DNA from: Candidatus Methylomirabilia bacterium
GTDB lineage: Bacteria > Methylomirabilota > Methylomirabilia > Rokubacteriales > CSP1-6
DNA: 29,716 bases
Assembly (NCBI GenBank): GCA_046758965.1
Contig: JBHIBG010000031.1
Location: 1-29,716 of the forward strand
Direction of reading: 5' to 3'
Under the pieces are notes generated by a model that was not told where the DNA came from, did not search any database, and saw nothing but the letters and a program-made list of their open reading frames with translations. Made by a program: the position numbers and the translations under genes. Of the stretch, positions 8,269 to 16,900 are shown piece after piece. Position 1 is the first letter of the stretch. Every line of letters begins with the position of its first letter.

Positions 8269-9988
8269 CCTCGACCTTGCGAGGCTTCTCCTTGGTCTCC
8301 TGAAGTTTCCGCTTGACCGAGGTGTTCTCAGGGTCGAGCTTGAGGGCCTTCTCCCACGCTCCGATGGCGTCCTCGAGCAGGCCGTTCTTGAGGTAGGCGT
8401 CGCCCAGGTGGTCAAAGATCACGGCGTCTTCGCCGGACCGCTCCACGGCCCGTTTGAGCTCGCGCAGGGCCTCGGCGAAGCGCCCTTGCTGGTAGTAGGC
8501 CCACCCCAGGCTGTCGATGAAATAGCCGTTCTCAGGCTCGAGATCCAAGGCCTTTTCGATGAGCCGGACGGCCTCTTTGAGGTTGATCCCCTTCTCGGCG
8601 TACATGTAGCCGATGTAGTTGTGCGCCTCGGCGTGCTCGGGATCCAGCTCGATCACGCGGCGGAAGGCCTGGACGGCATCGTTGAATCGCTGCTGCTTTT
8701 CGTAGACCACGCCGAGCTGAAAGTAGAGCTCTTTGTGCTTGTCGTTGATGGAGAGCCCTTCTCGGAGCGAGGCGACAGCCTCGTCGTATTGCTCGGCCCG
8801 GTAGTACGTGGTGCCGAGATAGAGAAAGAGCTCCGGCCGGCGGGGCTCGAGGTTTACCGTCTCCCGGAGCAGCGTAATGGCTTGGGCGTAACGCTTCGCC
8901 CGGCCGTAAAGAAAGGCGAGCTGCACGCGCGCCTCGATCGAGCGCGAGTCGAGCTGGAGGATCTGCTGGAGCTCCTGCTCGGCATCGGCGTCCTTGCCGA
9001 TCTCCATGTAGGCTGAGGCCAGGTAGAAGCGAGCCCGGAGGTCGGAGGGGTCCAGTCCTACCGCGCGCTGGAACGCGACCGCCGCCTTGTCGTACCGCTT
9101 CCGCTCGTAATACACGGCGCCGAGCTTCATCCAGATCTGTGGATTCCGGGGTGCTAGGCCAGCCAGGGCCTCGATCTCCGGTTCCGCCTTGTCGAACTTC
9201 CCGACACGGATCAGAAGGTCCCCCAGCCGCTCCAGGATGGCCGGGTTGTCGGGGTTCATCTCGAGCGCCGTCCGATACACGGCAAGGGCTTCCTCGGGCT
9301 GGTCACGGGTTTCGTAGACATAGCCGAGGACCAACCGAGGTCTGCCGGCCCCGGGGTCCAGCTCGATAGCACGCCGGAGAAAGGCGATGGCCTCGTCCCA
9401 CGACTCCGTCTCGATCGCCAGTCGCCCCAGGAGGAAGTGGGCCTGGGCATCGGTTGGCTTGACCTCGATCAGCCGGATGAGCACGGCCCGAGCTTTGTCA
9501 AAGGCCTTCTGCTCGGCGTGGTAACGCGCCAGAGTCTGGTACGGCTGGGGAGCCAGGGGGTTGAGGGCGATTGCCTTCTCCAGCGCGGCCTCCGCCTCGG
9601 CGTACCGCTTTTCGCCGCGGTATAGCTCGGCCAAGGTCACATGCGCGGAGACCTCGTTGGGACCCACCTCGACGGCTCGCCGAGCAGCCTCGATGGCCTC
9701 GTTGGCAGCTCCGGCCTTTGCGAGCCAGAGCGCGAGCTGGCTCCAGAGACCCGGGGTGCTGGGGTCGTGCTTGATGGCCTTCCTGATCTCGGTGATGGCC
9801 TCCTGAGTCCGGCCGGCCCGGGCGTGTATCTGAGCGAGGGTGTAATGGTAGTAGGCCTCGGTGGACGCGGTCTGGGCCACGGGAAGAGCCGAGGATCCGG
9901 AGAGCCGGGTCTCCATCACCGGCGCCACGCTGGTGCAGCCGGTCAGCACGATCAGGGCGACTAGGAGAGCACTCACAGGAGCGTTCAC
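8246..9988 (-). CDS. Tetratricopeptide-repeat lipoprotein
   Basis: Lipobox VLTGC, many TPR-like repeats, and C-terminal NYIGYMYAE...GYFIDSLGWAYY...IFDHLGDAY typical of the TPR gene upstream of lolB/ispE. Confidence 0.9.
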   Translation of the reverse strand: MNAPVSALLVALIVLTGCTSVAPVMETRLSGSSALPVAQTASTEAYYHYTLAQIHARAGRTQEAITEIRKAIKHDPSTPGLWSQLALWLAKAGAANEAIEAARRAVEVGPNEVSAHVTLAELYRGEKRYAEAEAALEKAIALNPLAPQPYQTLARYHAEQKAFDKARAVLIRLIEVKPTDAQAHFLLGRLAIETESWDEAIAFLRRAIELDPGAGRPRLVLGYVYETRDQPEEALAVYRTALEMNPDNPAILERLGDLLIRVGKFDKAEPEIEALAGLAPRNPQIWMKLGAVYYERKRYDKAAVAFQRAVGLDPSDLRARFYLASAYMEIGKDADAEQELQQILQLDSRSIEARVQLAFLYGRAKRYAQAITLLRETVNLEPRRPELFLYLGTTYYRAEQYDEAVASLREGLSINDKHKELYFQLGVVYEKQQRFNDAVQAFRRVIELDPEHAEAHNYIGYMYAEKGINLKEAVRLIEKALDLEPENGYFIDSLGWAYYQQGRFAEALRELKRAVERSGEDAVIFDHLGDAYLKNGLLEDAIGAWEKALKLDPENTSVKRKLQETKEKPRKVEGARSKAE

Positions 9989-10494
9989 GGCTTCTGGCCT
10001 CCACCGCGTTGACTCACGCAGGCCTTGGCGAGCACGCGGCGAAGGGAGAGGCGGAGTTCCGGATCACGGATCGATCCGGTGGCAGCCTCGACCGCGCGCG
10101 CCTCCTCCTCGCTGAGGGGGCCTTCTCGCCCAGTTCTCGTCGGGATCGCTTTTCCCCTGTTGTCCGGGCGGTCCCCCTCGTCGGCAGCCAAGGTCCCGAG
10201 GGTGACCTTGAGAGCCCGCACCGCCGCATCCCCGAACCGACGCGCCAGCCGGCCGCGCAGTTGAGCCTCGCGGAGCGTCACCTCCTGAAGCCATGGGGAG
10301 TTGTCCACGATCAGCTCGAGGGTTCCATTTCGCAACCTGCCCGGCTGGCAGTGGCGAGCGAACTCCGCGCCCATCACGCTCCGCCACTCGTTCCGGATCC
10401 GCACTTCAACCAGCTGCCCGGCAAGTCGCGGCACTGCTGCACTCAGGAGCGATCCCACTCTGGCCGGGCCCGAGCGCCTGCGGTCAGTCATCAC
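9985..10494 (-). CDS. DUF721 / DciA-like protein (replicative helicase loader family)
   Basis: IRNEWRSVMG..FARHCQPGRLRNGTLELIVDNSPWLQEV matches the DUF721 pattern. GTGA overlap with the TPR gene. Start is 10494 (GTG) or 10491 (ATG). Confidence 0.75.
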   Translation of the reverse strand: MMTDRRRSGPARVGSLLSAAVPRLAGQLVEVRIRNEWRSVMGAEFARHCQPGRLRNGTLELIVDNSPWLQEVTLREAQLRGRLARRFGDAAVRALKVTLGTLAADEGDRPDNRGKAIPTRTGREGPLSEEEARAVEAATGSIRDPELRLSLRRVLAKACVSQRGGGQKP

Positions 10495-10551
10495 ACACTC
10501 CATCATACGCGACCCCAGGGTCGTCTTGCTAGCGAGAAGACAGGACCTTCA

Positions 10552-10580
10552 TTGACTTAGGTCCGAGGGGCATTTATGCT
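10552..10580 (+). promoter_or_regulatory. Putative sigma70 promoter for rlmD
   Basis: TTGACT (10552-10557), 17-nt spacer, TATGCT (10575-10580), then a GGGGAG RBS. Confidence 0.6.
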
Positions 10581-10601
10581 CTGGGGGAGTTTTCTCTGAA
10601 C

Positions 10602-12035
10602 ATGGCGCGACCAAAGCGGGGCGACGAGCTATCGCTGGCCATCGATGACCTCGCCTTCGGCGGTGAGGGGATCGGGCGGGTCGGCGGGTATGTGGTCTTT
10701 GTCCGGGGCGGAATCCCTGGCGACCGTCTCCGGGTCAGGCTGAACCATGTCCGCCCCCGCTACGGGCGCGGCACGATCGTCGCGGTGGAGGGGCCTTCCC
10801 CCGACCGCGTGGAGGCCCCGTGCCCCTACTTCGGGCGGTGTGGCGGCTGTCGCCTGCAGCACATGGCCTACCCCGCGCAACTCGCCTTCAAGGCCAAGCA
10901 GGTGGCCGACTGCTTGGCTCGGATTGGCGGTCTCTCCGAGATCGTCGTGCATCCCATCATCGGCGCTCCGGAGCTCTACGGCTACCGGAACAAGATGGAG
11001 TTCACCGTGGCGCGCGCCCAGGCGGCTCGGCGGAGAGCAGCGAGCGCGGACGGCGAGCGCGCTGCTCCGGAGGTGGTGGTCGGGCTCCATGAGGCCGACC
11101 GCTACGACGTGGTGCTCGACATCGAGAACTGCCTGCTCCAGTCCGAAACGCTGAATCTCCTTCTGGGCGAGGCCCGGCGCGTTGTCCGGCAGAGGGGGCT
11201 CCCTGTCTACGATGAGGAGTCCGGGGAAGGGCTCCTGCGGTATCTGATGCTCCGGGAGGGGAAACTCACCGGTGAGGTCATGGCCAATGTGGTGGCCTCG
11301 GCCCCCCAGCTGGGTGAGCTGACCCCCCTGGCCGAGCAACTCCGGGCCCGTGTCCCCGAGACCGCGAGCGTGATGCTGAACGTGAACCCCAAACGGGCCA
11401 GCGTCGCCGTGGGCGTCGAGGAGTACCTCCTGGCGGGGCACGACCACATCAGGGAGTCGCTCGGCGGCCTCACCTTCCAGATCTCGGCCAACTCGTTCTT
11501 TCAGACCAACACGCTCCAGGCCGAGCGGCTCTTCGGCCTCGTCGAGAAATCCGCGGCCCTCACCGGCGTGGAGACGGTGGTGGACCTCTACTCGGGAACC
11601 GGGGCTATCAGCCTGCTCCTGGCCCGTCGCTGCCGGTGGGTGTATGGGATCGAGGCCTCTCAAGCGGCGGTGGATGATGCGCTGCGGAATGCCAAGGCCA
11701 ACGGGATCACCAACTGCACATTCCTGGCCGGCGAGGTCCGGTTCGTGCTTCCCCGCCTGCTCAGTCAGGGACTCCGGGCGGAGGTCGTTGTGGCTGACCC
11801 TCCCCGCGCCGGCTTCCACCCCAAGGCCCTCCGGGCGCTCCTGGCGCTCTTGCCCGCGCGCATCGTTTACCTCTCCTGTAACCCCTCCACCCTGGCGCGA
11901 GACCTGGCCGGCCTGTGTCACGGCGGGTACCACGTTCAGTGGGTCCAGCCCCTGGACATGTTCCCCCACACGCCCCACATCGAAGCGGTCGCCGTCCTCG
12001 AGCGCGGAGACGGTGGACACCTCCACGCGGGCTAG
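10602..12035 (+). CDS. rlmD: 23S rRNA (uracil-5)-methyltransferase RlmD/RumA
   Basis: N-terminal TRAM domain; Fe-S motif CPYFGRCGGC; SFFQTN; DLYSGTG; DPPRAG; YLSCNPSTLARD; DMFPHTPHIE. Confidence 0.95.
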   Translation: MARPKRGDELSLAIDDLAFGGEGIGRVGGYVVFVRGGIPGDRLRVRLNHVRPRYGRGTIVAVEGPSPDRVEAPCPYFGRCGGCRLQHMAYPAQLAFKAKQVADCLARIGGLSEIVVHPIIGAPELYGYRNKMEFTVARAQAARRRAASADGERAAPEVVVGLHEADRYDVVLDIENCLLQSETLNLLLGEARRVVRQRGLPVYDEESGEGLLRYLMLREGKLTGEVMANVVASAPQLGELTPLAEQLRARVPETASVMLNVNPKRASVAVGVEEYLLAGHDHIRESLGGLTFQISANSFFQTNTLQAERLFGLVEKSAALTGVETVVDLYSGTGAISLLLARRCRWVYGIEASQAAVDDALRNAKANGITNCTFLAGEVRFVLPRLLSQGLRAEVVVADPPRAGFHPKALRALLALLPARIVYLSCNPSTLARDLAGLCHGGYHVQWVQPLDMFPHTPHIEAVAVLERGDGGHLHAG

Positions 12036-12047
12036 CCTGTGGCGGGG

Positions 12048-12332
12048 TCAGACCTGGCTTGGGGGGGGTTCTCCCTCCCGAATTCGAGAGACCTGATCGC
12101 GCCGGCGAACGCGCTCGCGGACCTTCAGCGCCACCTGGGTTCCACGTTGGGCTTGCTGGACAGGCTGGTGCTCGACCTGGAGCGACTCCACGGCCTGGGT
12201 GAAGTCAGTGGTGTCCCCATGAACTCGAATCTGATCGCCAATTCGCAGGTCTCCGTCGGTCAGATGAATGACGGCTACGCCGATCCTGGCGTAGTAGCCG
12301 ATGATGGATCCGACCTTCTCTTCTGAAGCCAT
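12048..12332 (-). CDS. Small stand-alone translation-elongation-factor domain II-like beta-barrel protein
   Basis: VGSIIGYYARIGVAVIHLTDGDLRIGDQIRVHGDTTDFTQAVESLQVEH...GTQVALKV..RVRRRDQV. Strong AGGAGG RBS. Confidence 0.8.
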   Translation of the reverse strand: MASEEKVGSIIGYYARIGVAVIHLTDGDLRIGDQIRVHGDTTDFTQAVESLQVEHQPVQQAQRGTQVALKVRERVRRRDQVSRIREGEPPPSQV

Positions 12333-12582
12333 GGCGAAGTTCCTCCTGCGAAGACCACTGAACAGTGCTCTCGCGCCGTCACCGCCAGGACGATTCTAGC
12401 ACGAGGCCCACTCCTTCGCCCCCGGATCTGGCTTCGGGAGCGTGCCGGCCCGCATCTGAACGGCGGTCCGGAAGCTGGAGGGCGGGAGCCGCTCGTGAGG
12501 AAAGGAGGGGATCATCTTCGGCTGGCTGAAGGAGACGAGGAAGCGATGAGGTGCCGACACTGAATTTGGAGGAGGGCACGGT

Positions 12583-14142
12583 ATGAACAGCACGCGCTGG
12601 CCAAGAACGTTGTCGCGGCCGTTTGTCCCCCTGGTCCTGGCGGGGTTGTTTGTGTTGGGTGTCGGGGTTGCCCCCGCTTCGGCCTCGACGTTCCGAGTGG
12701 CCGTCGGGATCGATCCGGACATCCTGGACCCGGTGCAGATGACCACCACGACCGTGGCCAACATGGTGAAGTACGTGGTCGAGACGCTCACAACCATCGA
12801 CGAGACGGGCAAGGTGCTTCCGATGCTCGCCGAGAGCTGGAGCGCCTCCCCCGACGGGACCCAGTACACCTTCAAGCTCCGGAAGGGCGTGACCTTTCAC
12901 GACGGCTCTCGCTTTGACGCCAAGGCTGTCAAGTGGAACTTCGACCGGCTGATCGACCCGGACGTGCGGGTCCCGATCCGCGCCTCCTATCCGATCCAGA
13001 AGACCGAGATCATCGACTCACACACGGTCAAGGTTACGCTCAAGCAGCCTTTTGCGCCGTTCGTCGGCGCGCTGTCCTGGACGACGTCGGGCATCTCGTC
13101 GCCGGCTTCCGTGGACAGGCACGGCAACAGCTACAAGAACTACTCCCACATCGTGGGCACCGGCCCGTACGTCTTCAAGGACCGCCGGAAGGGTGAGCGG
13201 ATCACGGTGACGAAGAACCCGACCTATTGGGGAAAGAAGCCGTACTACGACACGGTGGTCTTCCGCATCGTCCCCGAGGCGGCCACCCGGGAGAGCCTGA
13301 TCCTGGCGGGTCAGGTGGATCTGATCATCCTCCCGCCCGTGGCTGACCTGCCCGCGCTCCAGCGGAACTCTGCGGTGAAGGTGCTGCTGGCTCCGAGCGA
13401 CCGGACCATCTTCATCGCCACCAACACGCTGAAGCCGATGCTGGGCGACCGGCGGGTCCGGCAGGCGCTCAACTACGCCGTGGACAAATCCGCGATCGTG
13501 GAGAACGTGCTCTTCGGCGCCGCAGACATGATGGACGCCCCCATGGCCCCCAGCCTGTTCGGCTACTGCAGGGCGGGGAGTTACGAGTACAACCCGGCCA
13601 AGGCCAAAGAGCTCCTGGCCCAGGCCGGTGTAAAACCGGGGACCAAGATCCAGCTGATCCACCCCACGGGGCGATACGTCCAGGACAAGGAGGCTTCTCA
13701 GGCCATCGCCGGCTACCTCCGCGAGGTCGGCTTTGACGTGAACATCCAGACCATGGACTGGCCGTCGTACGTCCAAACCATCATCGCGCCACCCGACAAG
13801 AACACGACGGAGCTGCACTACCTGGGCTGGGCCCCGGCCTACCTCGACGCCTCTCAGCAGATGCTCCAGTTCCTCTCGACATATGCGCCGCCGAACGGGC
13901 TTGAGACGAGCTTCTATTCCAACCCCGAAGTCGACAAGCTGATTAGCAGCGCCGGGCGCGCGCTGGACGCGGACAAACGCCAGGAGCTCTACTGCCGGGC
14001 AGCGAAGAAGGTCTGGCAGGACGCCCCCTGGATCTTCCTCTGGGTCCAGCGCTTCCCCATCATCTACTCGGCCAAGGTGACCAACGTCTCCTCTCTCCCC
14101 AATGAGATGTTTTACGCCGTCTACGCTCGCCCGGCGCAGTAA
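12583..14142 (+). CDS. ABC transporter substrate-binding protein, family 5 (dipeptide/glutathione GsiB-like)
   Basis: Signal peptide; PMLAESWSAS.DG..YTFKLRKGVTFHDGS.FDA.AVK.NFDR signature; GTGPY; VRQALNYAVD. GGAGGAGG RBS. Confidence 0.95.
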   Translation: MNSTRWPRTLSRPFVPLVLAGLFVLGVGVAPASASTFRVAVGIDPDILDPVQMTTTTVANMVKYVVETLTTIDETGKVLPMLAESWSASPDGTQYTFKLRKGVTFHDGSRFDAKAVKWNFDRLIDPDVRVPIRASYPIQKTEIIDSHTVKVTLKQPFAPFVGALSWTTSGISSPASVDRHGNSYKNYSHIVGTGPYVFKDRRKGERITVTKNPTYWGKKPYYDTVVFRIVPEAATRESLILAGQVDLIILPPVADLPALQRNSAVKVLLAPSDRTIFIATNTLKPMLGDRRVRQALNYAVDKSAIVENVLFGAADMMDAPMAPSLFGYCRAGSYEYNPAKAKELLAQAGVKPGTKIQLIHPTGRYVQDKEASQAIAGYLREVGFDVNIQTMDWPSYVQTIIAPPDKNTTELHYLGWAPAYLDASQQMLQFLSTYAPPNGLETSFYSNPEVDKLISSAGRALDADKRQELYCRAAKKVWQDAPWIFLWVQRFPIIYSAKVTNVSSLPNEMFYAVYARPAQ

Positions 14143-14247
14143 AGGGAGGCGGCGCGGGGCAGGCTCGCGCCTAAGAAGGAGATCGGTCAGCCGGCAGGGG
14201 ATCTTCCACGACCGGTCGCCTGGCTCCCATCCGGGGCGGCTGAGGCC

Positions 14248-15174
14248 ATGAAGTTCCGGGGCTACCTGGCCCAGCGGTTCATGGCCTCAGTCGTCACCCT
14301 GCTGGGCGTTTCGCTTATTATCTTCCTGATGGTGCGTGTTCTTCCGGGGGACCCGGCGCGTGTGATCGCGGGTCTCCTGGCGAGCGAGGAAGACGTTCAG
14401 CTGATCCGGGTCGAGCTGGGGCTTGACCGGCCGCTCCACGTCCAGTACGGCATCTTTCTCGCCCGCCTCGTCCAGGGGGATCTTGGCAAGTCGGCGAGAA
14501 CCTCGCAGCCGGTCATTGAGGAGTTGAGACCCCGGCTCAGGGCCACGCTGAAGCTCGCCGCCCTCAGCGCGGGCCTCGCGGCCTTCTTCGGGATTCTCGC
14601 CGGGACGGTTGCCGCCACCCGCCCCTACTCAAGGTTCGATTACGTCCTGTCGCTGACGACCCTCTTCGGCGTCTCCATGCCGGTGTACTGGCTGGGGTTG
14701 ATGCTGATCATCGTCTTTGCGATCCATTTGAACTGGCTGCCGGCCGCGGGCGCGGAGGGCGCGGCGAGCATGATCCTCCCGTCCCTGACCCTGGCCGCCT
14801 TCTCGGTGGCCCTGATCGGCCGGATGACTCGGTCGAGCATGCTCGAGGTGCTGGGGCAGGACTATGTCCGGACGGCTCGGGCGAAGGGCGTGACCGAGAC
14901 GCTGGTGGTTGGCCGGCATGCCTTGAAGAACGCCCTGATCCCGATCATCACCGTCGTCGGGCTCCAGTTCGGCACGCTCCTCAGCGGAGCGGTGCTGACC
15001 GAATCGGTCTTCGGCTGGCCCGGGATGGGGCTCCTCCTCGTGGACTCGATCTTTTCCCGCGACTACGCGATGGTGCAGGGGATCGTGCTGGTCTTCTCGT
15101 TCCTCTTCATCCTGACCAACCTGGTGGTGGATCTGCTCTATGCCGTCATCGACCCTCGAATCCATTACGGCTGA
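14248..15174 (+). CDS. ABC transporter permease (DppB/GsiC-like)
   Basis: PGDPA, LGLDRPL, GDLGKS, EAA loop DYVRTARAKG, TESVFGWPGMG, C-terminal DPRI. Confidence 0.95.
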   Translation: MKFRGYLAQRFMASVVTLLGVSLIIFLMVRVLPGDPARVIAGLLASEEDVQLIRVELGLDRPLHVQYGIFLARLVQGDLGKSARTSQPVIEELRPRLRATLKLAALSAGLAAFFGILAGTVAATRPYSRFDYVLSLTTLFGVSMPVYWLGLMLIIVFAIHLNWLPAAGAEGAASMILPSLTLAAFSVALIGRMTRSSMLEVLGQDYVRTARAKGVTETLVVGRHALKNALIPIITVVGLQFGTLLSGAVLTESVFGWPGMGLLLVDSIFSRDYAMVQGIVLVFSFLFILTNLVVDLLYAVIDPRIHYG

Positions 15175-16048
15175 ACGGCCCTCCGTCGCCGTCTCCTGGC
15201 CCCGGCTCCGGCTGTTCCTGGAGGCGTGGTACCGCTTCCGTCGTCACCGGGCTGCCATGGTGGGATTAGGGCTTCTGACGGTCCTCCTGGCCCTCACCCT
15301 GGCCGCGCCCGTGCTCACCTCGTATGACCCGGAGCGGCAGAACCTCTCCGAAGTGCTGAAGCCCATGTCGGGCGCCCACCCGCTCGGCGCGGACCATCTG
15401 GGTCGCGACATGCTGGCCCGGATCCTCTACGGCGGGCGGCTCTCCCTTCTGATCGGCTTCCTCGCTGTCGGACTTGGCCTGGCGGTCGGGGTCCCGCTGG
15501 GTGCCATCTCGGGCTTTCAGGGCGGGCTCACCGACCTGGTCATCCAGCGCTTCGCCGACATCCTCTTGTCGTTCCCGGGCATCCTTTTGGCACTCTCCCT
15601 CGTCGCAATCCTCGGCGTCGGGCTCAAAAACGTCATCATCGCCGTCGGGATCAGCGCGGTCCCCTCGTTCATCCGGCTGGTGAGGGGATCGGTGCTGTCG
15701 ATCCGGGAGCAGGTCTACGTGGAGGCGGCGCACGCCCTCGGCCAGCGGCGGAGCGTCATCATCTTCCGGCATGTGCTCCCCAACGCCATGGCCCCGGTCA
15801 TCGTCCAGGCGACGCTCAGCCTGGGGTTCGCGATCCTGGTCGCCGCGGCCCTTGGCTTTCTCGGGTTGGGCGTCCAGCCGCCCACGCCTGAGTGGGGAAC
15901 CATGCTCGGTGAGGGGCGCCAGTACATCTTTCGGGCCCGGTCCCTCACCACCTTCCCCGGCTTGGCAATCTTCCTGGCGGTGTTAGGGTTCAACCTGTTC
16001 GGGGACGGCTTGCGGGATGCCCTGGACCCTCGGATGCGGACCCTCTGA
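15140..16048 (+). CDS. ABC transporter permease (DppC/GsiD-like)
   Basis: HPLGADHLGRDML.R..YG, YVEAAHALG, RHVLPN, LGFLGLGVQPPTPEWG, GDGLRDALDPR. Confidence 0.95.
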   Translation: MPSSTLESITAERPSVAVSWPRLRLFLEAWYRFRRHRAAMVGLGLLTVLLALTLAAPVLTSYDPERQNLSEVLKPMSGAHPLGADHLGRDMLARILYGGRLSLLIGFLAVGLGLAVGVPLGAISGFQGGLTDLVIQRFADILLSFPGILLALSLVAILGVGLKNVIIAVGISAVPSFIRLVRGSVLSIREQVYVEAAHALGQRRSVIIFRHVLPNAMAPVIVQATLSLGFAILVAAALGFLGLGVQPPTPEWGTMLGEGRQYIFRARSLTTFPGLAIFLAVLGFNLFGDGLRDALDPRMRTL

Positions 16049-16064
16049 TCAAGCCCGGGCGCCG

Positions 16065-16131
16065 TTCGAGCGGCGGCTTCGCCGCCACTCATGGGGGAGG
16101 CCTCGGAGGGGGCCGCCGAGGCCCCATCCGA
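16065..16131 (+). repeat. Composite palindromic REP-like element, copy B
   Basis: TTCGAG-CGGCGG CTTCG CCGCC-ACTC-ATGGGGGAGG-CC-TCGGAGGGGGCC GCCGA GGCCCCATCCGA: two hairpins between convergent genes. Confidence 0.7.
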
Positions 16132-16197
16132 TGAAAATCGCTCGGTCTCGGCATGCGTCAGGATGCCCTGTCGAGCGAGGGCCTGGCCCGCGAAAGC

Positions 16198-16836
16198 TCA
16201 ACGGGGAGAGCGTCGGGAGGGTGGCTGAGCGCCCCTCCGAGCTGAGCGGTGCCACGCCCAGAGGGCGATCCATGCCAGCGGGGTGGTGAGCCAGAGCCAC
16301 CCGCTGGGCACTCCGGCCAGCAGGTGCAGGAGCAGGAGGAGCGTTCCGCCCGCCGCCCCGATCCAGAGCAGGGAGGAGGCGAGCCTCCGGGTGAGCTCTT
16401 GCCACCCGAGAAGGCAGAGGAGTGTCGCCGCGGCGCTCCCGGTCCAGTTCACCATCACATCCAGGCCGCTCGCGGTCCTCACGCCGGTCCAGCCTTGGTG
16501 GAACTCGTCCAGGATGGCGTAGGCCGCTGCGAGGGCGAAGGCCACCGCGGCGCCAGACGCGGGGTTCCCAAATAGACGCTCACCGCTGCGCCTCAACGCC
16601 AGGAACCAGAGGCCGGCGAGGATCGCGTACTCGAGGAGATGCCCGACCTTCCTCAGCGTGAAGTGAAGCGCCTCGAGCTGGGCCGGCTCGGCCCAGGGGA
16701 AGAGACCCTGCAGCAGGGGGACGATCACCGAGCCGGTGGCCTCGGCGCTGAACAGCTCCGTGGAGCCCCAGTAGATGATTCCCATCCAGGCCAGCGGGAG
16801 GAGCCAGGGGAAGAGTGACATCCTCCTCAGATACAC
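16198..16836 (-). CDS. VanZ-family membrane protein
   Basis: WMGIIYWGST, LRKVGHLLEYAILA, YAILDEFHQ...RTAS..DV. Start may be 16836 (GTG) or 16821 (ATG). Confidence 0.85.
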   Translation of the reverse strand: MYLRRMSLFPWLLPLAWMGIIYWGSTELFSAEATGSVIVPLLQGLFPWAEPAQLEALHFTLRKVGHLLEYAILAGLWFLALRRSGERLFGNPASGAAVAFALAAAYAILDEFHQGWTGVRTASGLDVMVNWTGSAAATLLCLLGWQELTRRLASSLLWIGAAGGTLLLLLHLLAGVPSGWLWLTTPLAWIALWAWHRSARRGAQPPSRRSPR

Positions 16837-16849
16837 CAGGTCTCGAAAG

Positions 16850-16879
16850 TTGACAAGCGCAGACGGCCCTCCCTAAGAT
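16850..16879 (+). promoter_or_regulatory. Putative sigma70 promoter for the helicase-exonuclease pair
   Basis: TTGACA (16850-16855), 18-nt spacer, TAAGAT (16874-16879), then a GGAGG RBS and GTG at 16901. Confidence 0.65.
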
Positions 16880-16900
16880 CGAAGCAACCTGGAGGCTCGG

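Noticed and set aside
12333..12582. 250-nt region upstream of the ABC binding protein as a possible riboswitch
   Set aside because: No SAM, TPP, cobalamin, FMN or glycine core motifs could be matched by eye. An Rfam/Infernal scan would be needed to exclude it fully.
16198..16836. VanZ as evidence of a glycopeptide-resistance locus
   Set aside because: The VanZ-like family is widespread, and no vanHAX or vanRS genes are present.
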